DNA of 64,000 bases from a virus (IMGVR_UViG_3300006120_000015:1-64000); one strand, 5' to 3'. Counted from the first letter of the stretch, positions 8,059 through 17,577 are shown. Numbers and translations: made by a program. The notes: generated from the letters alone by a model not told the origin.

Positions 8059-8907
8059 ATGATGTTGATTTTTATTGCAATTCTCTTGTTGATTGCTATT
8101 ACGATTTTTGGTTGGGTCAACAACAAAGCATCCGCTGGTTTTGCGGTTGGTGTGTTTGTTTCGGTTTTTGTATTAGTGATTGATTGTATTACTGTGATTG
8201 GTGCTGGTGAGCGTGGTGTTCAAGTTACTTTTGGTGATGTGAATCCTGTGGCACTTGAATCTGGTGTGCATTTTGTAAACCCATTATCAAATATTCGTGA
8301 ATTGAATGTACAGCTACAGAGTGCTACATTGGAGAAGTCTAGTGCATCCACTAAAGACTTGCAGCAAGTGCATACAGATATTGTGACCAATTTCCGTTTG
8401 AGTGAATCAAAGGTCGCCAATATCTACAAAGAGTATGGCGTAAACGTGGTTGATAAAGTGTTGACACCATCGGTTAATGAATCATTCAAGGCGGTTACTG
8501 CCAAGTACACAAGTGAAGAATTGGTGACTAAACGTGATGAAGTATCTGGTGCTATTCTAGAGCATCTACGTGCAAAACTGGCACCGTATGATATCTCCGT
8601 TGATGGTGTGTCATTGGTCAACTTTGGATTCTCACCTGAATACCAACATGCTATTGAACAGAAGGTTATTGCAACACAGAGCAAATTGAAAGCTGAACAA
8701 GATTTGGCACGTATTCAAGTTGAAGCACAATCCCGTATTGCACAGGCTGATGGTGAAGCGAAAGCGATTGCTATTCAAGCACAAGCGATTCAATCAAGTG
8801 GTGGTGCTCAGTATGTTCAATTGGAATGGATCAAAAAGTGGAATGGTAAAATGCCTGACACTATGTTGGGTGATCCAAGTCGTTTGATGATTAACACTGG
8901 CAAGTAA
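8059..8907 (+). CDS. SPFH/band-7 (prohibitin, HflK/C-like) membrane protein
   Basis: Two N-terminal TM helices, SPFH-like core, C-terminal Ala/Gln/Glu coiled-coil AEQDLARIQVEAQSRIAQADGEAKAIAIQAQA typical of band-7 proteins. Confidence 0.65.
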   Translation: MMLIFIAILLLIAITIFGWVNNKASAGFAVGVFVSVFVLVIDCITVIGAGERGVQVTFGDVNPVALESGVHFVNPLSNIRELNVQLQSATLEKSSASTKDLQQVHTDIVTNFRLSESKVANIYKEYGVNVVDKVLTPSVNESFKAVTAKYTSEELVTKRDEVSGAILEHLRAKLAPYDISVDGVSLVNFGFSPEYQHAIEQKVIATQSKLKAEQDLARIQVEAQSRIAQADGEAKAIAIQAQAIQSSGGAQYVQLEWIKKWNGKMPDTMLGDPSRLMINTGK

Positions 8908-8911
8908 CACA

Positions 8912-8930
8912 AGAGGCTTCGGCCTCTTTT
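8912..8930 (+). terminator. rho-independent terminator agaggc-ttcg-gcctct + TTTT
   Basis: GC-rich hairpin followed by T-run immediately after SPFH gene. Confidence 0.7.
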
Positions 8931-8966
8931 GGAGTATATGATGAACGAACAACTATTGGTTAACAC

Positions 8967-9341
8967 ATGACAAAAATGATTGATGAATTTCCACCAAGTT
9001 GGTGGGAATTTCCACCAGAATGTAAAACAGAAGCGGAGAAAACCGCTTTTGCTTTTGGTTGGTGGAAGGCAATGGAAGCAATGCGAGAAAAAGACCAAGA
9101 TGAGCCTGTATTGTGGCTGCGTGACCCCAAACATTATCCTGAAGAAGATTCCATAGTTCCTCATGTTTCTTGGAAAAAAGAACGACTGAATACAATTCCT
9201 CTCACATATTGGCCACAACCTCGTCCATGGGTTGGGTTGACACCAGAACAAAAATTGTCACTTGAAATTCAAGGCAATAAATCTGATGTAATGTTGGCAG
9301 AGCTTGTCGAAAGTTGGTTAAAGGATATGAACACATGGTGA
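8967..9341 (+). CDS. hypothetical Trp-rich protein (124 aa)
   Basis: ORF. Confidence 0.45.
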   Translation: MTKMIDEFPPSWWEFPPECKTEAEKTAFAFGWWKAMEAMREKDQDEPVLWLRDPKHYPEEDSIVPHVSWKKERLNTIPLTYWPQPRPWVGLTPEQKLSLEIQGNKSDVMLAELVESWLKDMNTW

Positions 9342-9434
9342 AATTTGACAGCAAGACTGGTCGTTTTATCTTCTCACACGAAAAAGATAAAGTGTCTATG
9401 ATTTTGACTAAGGCTGCACCTAAGTATTTCAACT

Positions 9435-9656
9435 TTGACGCTTTCTAATATGTCACAAGAATCGGTTTTGGGTTATATCAACAAAGGCCGTGGCCAATGG
9501 GAACCAATTGAGGAAATCCCACGAGGTCATATTGCAACTCGTGCATTTGTTATGTGTTGTAATTGCTTGGCACCGATTCGTAGTGGTGGTGGCCCCATCT
9601 ATCGTGCATGGTGTCTAAAATGCTACGAGGAGAAAAAGAATGAATCAACGGATTAA
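9435..9656 (+). CDS. small Cys-rich (Zn-binding?) protein
   Basis: CCNC...C..C pattern. Confidence 0.35.
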   Translation: MTLSNMSQESVLGYINKGRGQWEPIEEIPRGHIATRAFVMCCNCLAPIRSGGGPIYRAWCLKCYEEKKNESTD

Positions 9657-9894
9657 GGAACTTGCTGAACAGGCTGGCATTTATAATTTGAATTTGGTGG
9701 ATGAAACTGAATATTGGATTTTGGAAAACTTCTCCAAGATGATTGTTAGGGAATGTGCTAGAATAAGCAAAGAAACTTGCAATGAGTTAAAGGCAGATGA
9801 AACCATCCAGATGCCTGCGCTCAAAACAAGTCTTAACCTTTACCATGCCACCTTACGCAATAAACTGGACGAACATTTCGGAGTTGAAGAATGA
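9640..9894 (+). CDS. MNQRIKELAE-family small protein, paralog 1 (84 aa)
   Basis: N-terminus MNQRIKELAEQAG and C-terminus HFGVEE* shared with paralogs at 9891 and 17299. Confidence 0.5.
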   Translation: MNQRIKELAEQAGIYNLNLVDETEYWILENFSKMIVRECARISKETCNELKADETIQMPALKTSLNLYHATLRNKLDEHFGVEE

Positions 9895-10046
9895 ATCAAC
9901 GGATTAAGGAACTTGCTGAAGAAGCCGGATTCATACCGGATGGTTTTTTAGAACTCTTTGCTGAGTTGATTATGAGAGATGTGTGCAATAAACTAGAACC
10001 GGTATTGGCCAAAGAGATTTTACAACTGTATGGAATTGAAGAATGA
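9891..10046 (+). CDS. MNQRIKELAE-family small protein, paralog 2 (51 aa)
   Basis: Manual translation MNQRIKELAEEAGFIPDGFLELFAELIMRDVCNKLEPVLAKEILQLYGIEE*; tandem duplicate. Confidence 0.45.
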   Translation: MNQRIKELAEEAGFIPDGFLELFAELIMRDVCNKLEPVLAKEILQLYGIEE

Positions 10047-10270
10047 AAACTGATGATGTGAACCGCATGATTGAAAGACTTACAAACCTATCGGTGATGC
10101 GTCAACGGTCAGAAGCCTTGGTGATTGCATTGGTTGGTAAAGATGCAGCTGAAAAGTGGTGGAACAGCCACAATAAAGCATTCGATAAAACACCACATGA
10201 GCAATGGTTCGATGACCCACACCAAGTGTACGAATACTTGATGAATCACGGTGCAGGAGAATATTTGTAA
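10043..10270 (+). CDS. hypothetical protein (75 aa)
   Basis: ATGA overlap coupling. Confidence 0.45.
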   Translation: MKTDDVNRMIERLTNLSVMRQRSEALVIALVGKDAAEKWWNSHNKAFDKTPHEQWFDDPHQVYEYLMNHGAGEYL

Positions 10271-10497
10271 TGGAAGAAAAAGATAAAAACAACCTGACTT
10301 ATATCATGTCGTTGAACGACCATGATTTTGACCTTTGGCTAGATACCATTGACTATGAGGACGTGGAATATGCCATGCGGTTGATTCGCCAGCATCGCCA
10401 GGAACTCGTGGAACAAGAAATTGAACTGGAGTTGCAACTGGACAACATGGACTTGTCCCAAGCGCAGGAAATACTTTCCAGAATAAGTAAAAAGTAG
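10270..10497 (+). CDS. hypothetical acidic protein (75 aa)
   Basis: ORF. Confidence 0.4.
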   Translation: MEEKDKNNLTYIMSLNDHDFDLWLDTIDYEDVEYAMRLIRQHRQELVEQEIELELQLDNMDLSQAQEILSRISKK

Positions 10498-10500
10498 TAC

Positions 10501-10529
10501 TTGCCAACCACCCTGTTTTGTGATACAAT
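10501..10529 (+). promoter_or_regulatory. sigma70-type early promoter TTGCCA-17-TGaTACAAT
   Basis: -35 10501-10506; extended -10 10521-10529. Confidence 0.6.
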
Positions 10530-10553
10530 TTGTTTTTTATTATGGAGTTGTGA

Positions 10554-11687
10554 ATGTTAAATCGTAACCAAGTTGTGTTTGTTGAAGCTGCTCAAGAAAT
10601 TTTTGGCGTTGGTGCCATTCTTACTCGTGACGGTATTCAGCATGTGTGTGAAGAAAAGAATGTGAGTTTTCCTTATTGGTTGACCACTAAATCAGAGTAC
10701 CGTTATGACCGTGGTCAATACAAATTGCCAGTTATCAGTGCAGCAGTTGCCGAAGAAGAGCCAATGACAGTTGATATGTCAGCTCAAGTCTTGCAGTTGA
10801 AACAACCTAAACTGGTTGATGATTCTGATGTTTCAATTCCCACAAAATATCCCGATTATGTACCCTTTGGATTTTATAAAGACCTCACCAATATTATTAA
10901 TTCTGGTCAATTTTATCCTGTATTCATTACTGGCCTATCTGGTAACGGTAAGACCCTCATGGTTGAACAAGTTTGTGCCACACTTGGCCGTGAATGTATC
11001 CGTGTTAATATCTCGATTGAAACTGATGAGAGCGATTTGCTCGGTGGTCCTACTCTTGTTAATGGTAACGTGGTTAACCGTGACGGTCCTGTTTTACAGG
11101 CAATGAAACGTGGCGCCGTGTTGTTGATTGACGAAGTTGACCGTGGTTCTAATAAGTTGATGTGTTTGCAAGGTATCTTAGAAGGCAAACCATACTACAA
11201 CAAAAAATCTGGTGAAATGGTTTATCCTACCAATGGTTTCACCGTGATTGCTACTGCTAACACCAAAGGTCGTGGTAGTGAAGAAGGCAAGTACCTGTCA
11301 CAAATTCTTGATGATGCGTTCCTTGAGCGTTTCCCAATTACTGTTGAACAGGAATATCCTGATGCCAAAACAGAGAAAAAGATTCTCACACCATTGATCG
11401 ATGATTCCGAATTCGTTGACCTGTTGGTTAAATGGGCTGACATTGTACGACAATCAGCCGACCAAGGCGCCATCGATGAGATTATTTCTACTCGCCGTTT
11501 GGTCCACATTGCCAAAGCATACAAGATTTTCAAGAATCGTATGAAAGCCATTGAGCTGTGTGTCAATCGTTTTGATGCTGATACAAAAACAGCGTTTCTT
11601 GACCTGTACGCTAAATGTGATGTGAAGGTTGAAGCTGCACCTGTTGCTACTCCTGTACCACCAACTAACGAAGAAGTTCCATTCTAA
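10554..11687 (+). CDS. cobS: CobS-like AAA+ ATPase (MoxR family)
   Basis: Walker A GLSGNGKT, Walker B LLIDEVDR, size 377 aa; CobS-like genes are common in marine T4-like phages. Confidence 0.55.
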   Translation: MLNRNQVVFVEAAQEIFGVGAILTRDGIQHVCEEKNVSFPYWLTTKSEYRYDRGQYKLPVISAAVAEEEPMTVDMSAQVLQLKQPKLVDDSDVSIPTKYPDYVPFGFYKDLTNIINSGQFYPVFITGLSGNGKTLMVEQVCATLGRECIRVNISIETDESDLLGGPTLVNGNVVNRDGPVLQAMKRGAVLLIDEVDRGSNKLMCLQGILEGKPYYNKKSGEMVYPTNGFTVIATANTKGRGSEEGKYLSQILDDAFLERFPITVEQEYPDAKTEKKILTPLIDDSEFVDLLVKWADIVRQSADQGAIDEIISTRRLVHIAKAYKIFKNRMKAIELCVNRFDADTKTAFLDLYAKCDVKVEAAPVATPVPPTNEEVPF

Positions 11688-11706
11688 TTGAATACCACAA
11701 ATTCGG

Positions 11707-11735
11707 TTGACAACTGGCTGAATTTGTGGTACAAT
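11707..11735 (+). promoter_or_regulatory. sigma70-type early promoter TTGACA-17-TGgTACAAT
   Basis: -35 11707-11712; extended -10 11727-11735. Confidence 0.6.
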
Positions 11736-11772
11736 GTGACAGTTGTATCTCTCTTTAATAAAGGAATATATT

Positions 11773-12096
11773 ATGACAGTCGTTCGCAAAGGTAAACAAA
11801 ATCGTCACGAGAAAATCACCCAAGTTTTGTTGAGTGGTAAACCCGTATCACCCGAAGAAATTCAAGCCGTGTTCAAAGGCACGGATCAAGCAGCGGTGTT
11901 ATATCGTTTGTCTACCAATATCTACAATATTCGCCTTGATGGTGGTATCGTGAAGGTTATCAAAGATGGCCGCAAAGTCAAAGCATATCAATTGGTGAAT
12001 TACACTGAGTTCAATGCTGAAGGTCGTTATGTTGGTCCACAAACAGCTGTTGCACAACCTGCAACCGTTGAAACAAAAGAAGTTGAAGTAGCATGA
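11773..12096 (+). CDS. hypothetical protein (~107 aa)
   Basis: ATG 11773 after AAAGGAA RBS. Confidence 0.45.
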   Translation: MTVVRKGKQNRHEKITQVLLSGKPVSPEEIQAVFKGTDQAAVLYRLSTNIYNIRLDGGIVKVIKDGRKVKAYQLVNYTEFNAEGRYVGPQTAVAQPATVETKEVEVA

Positions 12097-12299
12097 ATAA
12101 ACTGATGGTTTTTATTGGCCTTATTGGCTTTGTTGTCATTACTGGCCTATTCTTGTCTCTGCCAATTTACTTTCTATGGAATGCCTGTTTAGTTCCTGCT
12201 ATTGATGGTGTCCGTGAGATTAGTTGGTTGCAAGCATGGGGTTTGCTTGTATTGTTCCGTGGTTTTACTGAAGTAAAGGTAACAACAAAAAATGCATGA
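12093..12299 (+). CDS. small membrane protein (68 aa)
   Basis: Two hydrophobic helices. Confidence 0.4.
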   Translation: MNKLMVFIGLIGFVVITGLFLSLPIYFLWNACLVPAIDGVREISWLQAWGLLVLFRGFTEVKVTTKNA

Positions 12300-12531
12300 T
12301 AGTAATTTTGTTGATGATGAATTTGGTTCCGAATGGAAACCAGATTTGTATGAGTGTCCTAAATGCAAGACACAGTTGTGGTTCCAACTGAACGATGGTT
12401 GGGTTGAATCACCAGTTACACAACGGAATAATCCAATGTGTCCTAACTGTTGGGATGGTTTCTTGCAAGGTCTTGGTTTTGAAATGACAAAGGTGAAAGA
12501 CAATGGGCAAACTGAAAGCCAAAATAATTGA
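12292..12531 (+). CDS. small zinc-ribbon protein
   Basis: CPKCK...CPNCW pairs. Confidence 0.4.
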   Translation: MHDSNFVDDEFGSEWKPDLYECPKCKTQLWFQLNDGWVESPVTQRNNPMCPNCWDGFLQGLGFEMTKVKDNGQTESQNN

Positions 12532-12659
12532 TGTACAGGAATATTTCCTCAACGGTTACGATGTTGATGATATTCCGTATTTGACAGACCTCACATTGGC
12601 TGAGGTCGAACAAATTTTAAAAGATTTCGGTGTAGCCGAAGAAGATATGCGAGCACATA

Positions 12660-12893
12660 ATGAATCCATTTGATGAACGATTGACCGAGTTGGCGTACAA
12701 GGTCGATAAAATGATTGAAGAACTTTCTCGTGAGTATGATATCGATGTGCTGACACTTTCTAGTGTTGTTGCTGGTCGATTTGCTCGCATTAGCATTGAC
12801 TTGAATCAAGGCGAACATTATATTCGTTTGATGAAAGCCACAACCGAACACACACAAAATTATATCAATAAAACTCCTGTTGTAGCACACTAA
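12660..12893 (+). CDS. hypothetical protein (77 aa)
   Basis: ORF. Confidence 0.35.
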   Translation: MNPFDERLTELAYKVDKMIEELSREYDIDVLTLSSVVAGRFARISIDLNQGEHYIRLMKATTEHTQNYINKTPVVAH

Positions 12894-12894
12894 C

Positions 12895-13473
12895 ATGTCA
12901 CAATTCACCGAAGATGAACAACATAAAATTTTGTTGGTAAAAGAAATTATCAAAAATAGTTTGTCGTCATTCATTTTGACTATGGCAAAATTGGACACAG
13001 TCTCTGGAAACTATTCAACGTGTTATTTTGTTTCTGGTGGATGTACGGCTTCATTGCTTCAGAATGAAACACCAAAAGATTATGATGTTTACTTCTATTT
13101 ACCTGAACAGGCTAAACGTGTTATTCAACTGTACACCGAGGATGATTCGTACAAGAATGAGGTCGAAGTGTTTGATGAAAAATACCGTGACGTAGCTCAA
13201 CACCCAAATGGATTGATGATTACTGAAAATGCTATTACTCTCAAAAATAGAATTCAATTAATCACCAAACACTACGGTTCACCAGAAGACATTCGTAAAA
13301 CATTTGATTTTGTTCATTGTACGCCATACTATAATTCTCTTGATGATAAGTTTTATATCTCACGTGAACAGTATGATTGTTGTGTGAATAAGGTTTTGAA
13401 ACTCAACAGAGCGTCCAATCCGCAGGCATCACGTGAACAAAAATTTATAAATCGAGGTTACAAATGGCCGTAA
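12895..13473 (+). CDS. hypothetical protein, possible Pol-beta-type nucleotidyltransferase fold
   Basis: SGG...(13 aa)...DYDVY resembles hG[GS]...DhD NTase motif; weak. Confidence 0.35.
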   Translation: MSQFTEDEQHKILLVKEIIKNSLSSFILTMAKLDTVSGNYSTCYFVSGGCTASLLQNETPKDYDVYFYLPEQAKRVIQLYTEDDSYKNEVEVFDEKYRDVAQHPNGLMITENAITLKNRIQLITKHYGSPEDIRKTFDFVHCTPYYNSLDDKFYISREQYDCCVNKVLKLNRASNPQASREQKFINRGYKWP

Positions 13474-13805
13474 TAAACACATCTATTAATAGTGGTGTCA
13501 CTTCTCCTATGGGAGTATTTAATGCTATTTCTGTGCCCACTATGACGGTGCCACAAACTGCCGCAATTCAAGGTAAAATGGTGGCTATCACTCATATCAT
13601 AAATGATATGCAATGGGCTCAAAGACCTTTTGCACCTGAAGAAATTAAAATGAGGCTTACCCAATTAATGGTGGAGGAAATTTATAAAAACAACTACATC
13701 GAATTTACAAAGCAGGTAAATAGCATAAGTGGTGACCACATATTCCATGCAAGGTTGTTTGTTGTACCAGACACACAGGTTAGAATTATAAGGTTGAATA
13801 CATGA
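13464..13805 (+). CDS. hypothetical protein (113 aa)
   Basis: ORF overlapping upstream stop. Confidence 0.4.
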   Translation: MAVINTSINSGVTSPMGVFNAISVPTMTVPQTAAIQGKMVAITHIINDMQWAQRPFAPEEIKMRLTQLMVEEIYKNNYIEFTKQVNSISGDHIFHARLFVVPDTQVRIIRLNT

Positions 13806-13956
13806 AAGATACCATTGCCATCGCCTTGGTTTTGATGTATAATCTAACCATATTAGCAGGTACTGTCTACATGATTGAATGGCATAAGTGGGATCCTTGG
13901 TGGATGCTTATTGCTTTGGTCTGTATGATGTCCGTAAAGAAAACAAAGGACGAAGA

Positions 13957-14823
13957 ATGAAAATTGCTGTTTGTTCCGACTTACACCTAGAGTTCGGTAA
14001 AATCTCGTTAGAAAACAAAGACAATGCCGATGTGTTGGTGTTGTCTGGTGATATTTGTGTGGCTAAAGATGTTCGTGTGAAGGACGATTATGGGCTCATG
14101 GGTCAAAACGACAATAATAAAATTCATACATTTTTCCAAGAATGTTGTGAACGATTTGCAAACGTGGTTTATGTTATGGGAAACCATGAACATTATCACG
14201 GTGATTTTGCTAAGTCTGTTGGAAATCTCCGTACTCACCTTGGCTATCTACGCAATCTACACATCATGGATAAGGACACTGTTGACATTGGTGATGTGAC
14301 ATTCATTGGCGGTACATTGTGGACTGACATGAACAAAGAAGACCCAATGACATTGAATGCCATTCGTGGTTACATGAATGACTACCGTATCATCCGTAAC
14401 AGTTCACGCACCACATATCTACGTGATGGTGATGGTAACTCAATTGAAAAAGTGGGTAACCTGATTCCCGAAGATACTGTGGATGAACACAAAGCAATGC
14501 TGAAGTTCATTGATTATATTCTTGATGCTGATAAGGCTGTTGGTATTACTGACCGCAAGTATGTGGTTGTTGGCCATCATTCACCAAGTAAGCAATCAAC
14601 CAAACCACAGTATGAAAATGATGTGATGGTCAATGGTGCATACAGTTCAGATTTGACAGAGTTCATTCTGGACCGTCCACAAATCAAATTGTGGACTCAT
14701 GGCCATACTCATCATGTGTTTGATTACATGATTGGTTCTACCCGTATCTTCTGCAATCCTCGTGGTTATCATAATTACGAAGTCCGTGCGGATCAATTTG
14801 AATTGTTAACTGTTGAGGTGTAA
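13957..14823 (+). CDS. calcineurin-like metallophosphoesterase
   Basis: Motifs CSDLHLE, GDI, GNHE, VVVGHHSP, THGHTHH; ATG 13957 in GAAGAATGA context. Confidence 0.7.
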   Translation: MKIAVCSDLHLEFGKISLENKDNADVLVLSGDICVAKDVRVKDDYGLMGQNDNNKIHTFFQECCERFANVVYVMGNHEHYHGDFAKSVGNLRTHLGYLRNLHIMDKDTVDIGDVTFIGGTLWTDMNKEDPMTLNAIRGYMNDYRIIRNSSRTTYLRDGDGNSIEKVGNLIPEDTVDEHKAMLKFIDYILDADKAVGITDRKYVVVGHHSPSKQSTKPQYENDVMVNGAYSSDLTEFILDRPQIKLWTHGHTHHVFDYMIGSTRIFCNPRGYHNYEVRADQFELLTVEV

Positions 14824-14824
14824 T

Positions 14825-14977
14825 ATGGAATATTTCTTCTTAGTGAATTTGGTTTGTATGATTTTTTCACTTGCAATTTCAGCCAATCGTTTCAAAGATG
14901 GAAATAAACTTTGGGGATGGCTCAATCTTGTGGCATCAGCAATGAATGCTGCTTTGGTTTTTTTACATTTTGCGTGA
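14825..14977 (+). CDS. small membrane protein (50 aa)
   Basis: Manual translation MEYFFLVNLVCMIFSLAISANRFKDGNKLWGWLNLVASAMNAALVFLHFA*. Confidence 0.35.
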   Translation: MEYFFLVNLVCMIFSLAISANRFKDGNKLWGWLNLVASAMNAALVFLHFA

Positions 14978-14985
14978 GGTTTGAT

Positions 14986-15276
14986 ATGGAAAAGAAATTG
15001 TACATGGTTGAAGTTATGTCCACATTCCGTATGCGGTATGTGGTTGAGGCTCGTGAAGAAGAACATGCGCTTGACGAAGTTGTGATGAATGAACACCGAA
15101 CAGAGTTCAAAGAATTCTCACAAGAGCACGTTGGCACAAATATTTTCTCCTCACGGGAAATTTCTGCCACAGACTACATGGAATTATTTAACAAAGACAA
15201 CGAATATTTGAAAGTTTGGCCTATTGATAAAAAGATGAGTTTTATTAATAGTGTCGATTACAAGGACGAAGAATGA
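14986..15276 (+). CDS. hypothetical protein (96 aa)
   Basis: ATG 14986 after GAGG; ends in GAAGAATGA junction. Confidence 0.45.
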   Translation: MEKKLYMVEVMSTFRMRYVVEAREEEHALDEVVMNEHRTEFKEFSQEHVGTNIFSSREISATDYMELFNKDNEYLKVWPIDKKMSFINSVDYKDEE

Positions 15277-16124
15277 AAAAGATTCTAGTAACAGGTTCTA
15301 ATGGTTATATCGGCCAACACCTCGTAAAATCCTTGCAAACTCAAGGGTATTACGTGGTTGGTCTTGATCGTGTTGATCGTGGTGTGAACATCGGTGATGA
15401 ATTCATTCACCAAAACATTTTGGATGCCAAACAAATTAACGGTAAGTATGATGCTGTCGTGCATCTTGCTGCACTTGTCCAAGTTGGTGGTGGTGAAAAA
15501 GCGATGATGGATTATTATCGCACCAATGCGGTTGGCACTATGAACATGTTAGAACGTGTTGACTATGACAATTTTATTTTTGCATCTACTTGTCAAGCAA
15601 GCGAATTTGGAAATGTTTATGGCCAAAGCAAACACATTGCTGAAATGACTGTAAGACAGTATTGTGAATTGAACTATAAGAACTATACCATTTTTGAATT
15701 TGGTAATGTTGCTGGTCATTCTGGTTTTGCACCTACTAATCCTGATGGATTGATGTATAATTTAATTAAAGCAAGAGAGACTGGTGTATTCTATGTTTAC
15801 GGCGACAACTATGACACAATTGATGGTACTGCGGATCGTGATTACGTTCATGTATTGGAAATATGTCATTCCATTCAAAAGGCTATTGAGAAACCTAGTT
15901 GTGTTGTTGGTGCAGAAGAACAAACATACTATGAATATCTTGGCCATGCTAAGTTCTACACCGTTTTAGAATGTGTTGAAGCGTTCAAAAAAGCAAACAA
16001 TTGTGATTTTGAAGTCGTTATGCGTCCTCGCCGTATTGGCGATCCAAGTCAAATGTTGGGTTGTGAAGTGTCACCATATATGTCGTTGAATGTATTTACC
16101 CTTGAAGAAATGATGAAGGTATGA
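15273..16124 (+). CDS. NAD-dependent epimerase/dehydratase (SDR family)
   Basis: Rossmann VTGSNGYIG, catalytic YGQSK (YxxxK). Confidence 0.7.
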   Translation: MKKILVTGSNGYIGQHLVKSLQTQGYYVVGLDRVDRGVNIGDEFIHQNILDAKQINGKYDAVVHLAALVQVGGGEKAMMDYYRTNAVGTMNMLERVDYDNFIFASTCQASEFGNVYGQSKHIAEMTVRQYCELNYKNYTIFEFGNVAGHSGFAPTNPDGLMYNLIKARETGVFYVYGDNYDTIDGTADRDYVHVLEICHSIQKAIEKPSCVVGAEEQTYYEYLGHAKFYTVLECVEAFKKANNCDFEVVMRPRRIGDPSQMLGCEVSPYMSLNVFTLEEMMKV

Positions 16125-16810
16125 AAGTAAAACTACGTAAACCAATCAACTGGTTTGGGCCATATCAATTGGCTCAAGCACTTTGCTTTTGGGCAAAGAA
16201 AGAAAAAGACGAATTCGGTTTTGAACATGAACCAGATTGGGTTCATAACTTTGGTACATGGTTGGCCGGTGAAGAAAAAGATTCTTGGTTGATGAAGTTT
16301 TTCACATGGTATAATGGTGTTCGCCAGAAATATCCATGGAACAAAGATGTGGTCAAGATCGATTACTACGACACATGGTCAATGGATCACACATTGGCAA
16401 CTATCATTCTGCCTATGTTGAAGCAACTGAAAGCAACCAAACACGGTTATGGAATGATTGATGATGAAGATGCACCAAAACACCTACGCTCTATCTATGC
16501 ATTACCAAAACAACAATGGGAATGGGATGGTAATGCTGAAGCTCGTTATGAATGGGTTTTGGATGAAATGATTTTCGCATTTGAATGTTTGGTTGATGAT
16601 TCGTGGGAAGATCAATTCCGTTCAGGTGAAATTGACCACAAAATGGTGCCATGTGAATTTGATGCAGAAGGCAAACCAAAATTGTATAAAATGGAACATG
16701 GACCTAACCACACATACGTTTGTGACTATGATGGTATGAAAGAAGTGAATAAACGAATTCAAAATGGTTTGAGGCTTTTTGGAGTGTATTTTCGGAGCCT
16801 TTGGGATTGA
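16121..16810 (+). CDS. hypothetical Trp-rich protein (229 aa)
   Basis: ATGA coupling to epimerase gene. Confidence 0.5.
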   Translation: MKVKLRKPINWFGPYQLAQALCFWAKKEKDEFGFEHEPDWVHNFGTWLAGEEKDSWLMKFFTWYNGVRQKYPWNKDVVKIDYYDTWSMDHTLATIILPMLKQLKATKHGYGMIDDEDAPKHLRSIYALPKQQWEWDGNAEARYEWVLDEMIFAFECLVDDSWEDQFRSGEIDHKMVPCEFDAEGKPKLYKMEHGPNHTYVCDYDGMKEVNKRIQNGLRLFGVYFRSLWD

Positions 16811-16811
16811 T

Positions 16812-16997
16812 ATGACAGAACTTGATGAAGATGCGATTGCCATTTATGGTAAACCACTTACTGGTAAGTATAAACATTTTTGTACCGAGTTTGATTTTTT
16901 ACCAATAGATGAACATTGTTTTGAGTTCAAGTTTTGTTTGTGTTTTGAAGATAGTCCTGAAATACAAACATTCAAAGATAAGATAGAATTGCCATGA
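16812..16997 (+). CDS. small hypothetical protein
   Basis: ATG 16812 just after stop. Confidence 0.35.
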   Translation: MTELDEDAIAIYGKPLTGKYKHFCTEFDFLPIDEHCFEFKFCLCFEDSPEIQTFKDKIELP

Positions 16998-17302
16998 TGG
17001 ATTACCACGAAGCAATAAGGGAAATGCACAAAGGCAATGTGGTGAAATACATTGGTACGGTAAACGGCGAAGTATGGACAGACAATGGCGGTTCATTTTG
17101 TATGTGCCGTGGTTGTATTTTTCTCTTTGATGATGGAATCAAGTGGAACAAGTTGGGATACATGGTTTATGACCCAGACTTCCGTTATGAGTTGACTGGT
17201 CAAACAGTTGATACTAGAGCATGGAAACCAGAGAAGAATCAAGATAGAAAAAACATTCGGTCAAAGTTAGGCTACAACCGTATAGGAAGGAACAACGTAT
17301 GA
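16994..17302 (+). CDS. hypothetical protein (102 aa)
   Basis: ORF, ATGA overlap. Confidence 0.45.
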   Translation: MMDYHEAIREMHKGNVVKYIGTVNGEVWTDNGGSFCMCRGCIFLFDDGIKWNKLGYMVYDPDFRYELTGQTVDTRAWKPEKNQDRKNIRSKLGYNRIGRNNV

Positions 17303-17562
17303 ACGAACGAATTCAAAAAATTGCAAATGAATCTTTTCAATATGCTAGTGAACAATCTGGGTTATTTACTTCGAAGTTTATGGAGCATTATGACCAAAAA
17401 TTCGCAGAGTTGATTGTTGGGGAATGTATTGATGAGTTAAAAGCTCTGCGTAAAAATTATGATACACACCGAGATGTAGAACCGGAAGAAAACTCAGTGT
17501 ATATAGATGCCTTTTTGCAAGCAGAAGTAAGACTCAAAAATCATTTTGGAGTTGAAGAATGA
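17299..17562 (+). CDS. MNQRIKELAE-family small protein, paralog 3 (87 aa)
   Basis: MNERIQKIANES... and ...HFGVEE* termini match 9640 ORF. Confidence 0.5.
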   Translation: MNERIQKIANESFQYASEQSGLFTSKFMEHYDQKFAELIVGECIDELKALRKNYDTHRDVEPEENSVYIDAFLQAEVRLKNHFGVEE

Positions 17563-17577
17563 CAAAGGAGAATACAA

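Noticed and set aside
10816-11106. 96-aa ORF inside the CobS-like gene in another frame
   Set aside because: Completely embedded in a gene with clear Walker motifs; shadow ORF.
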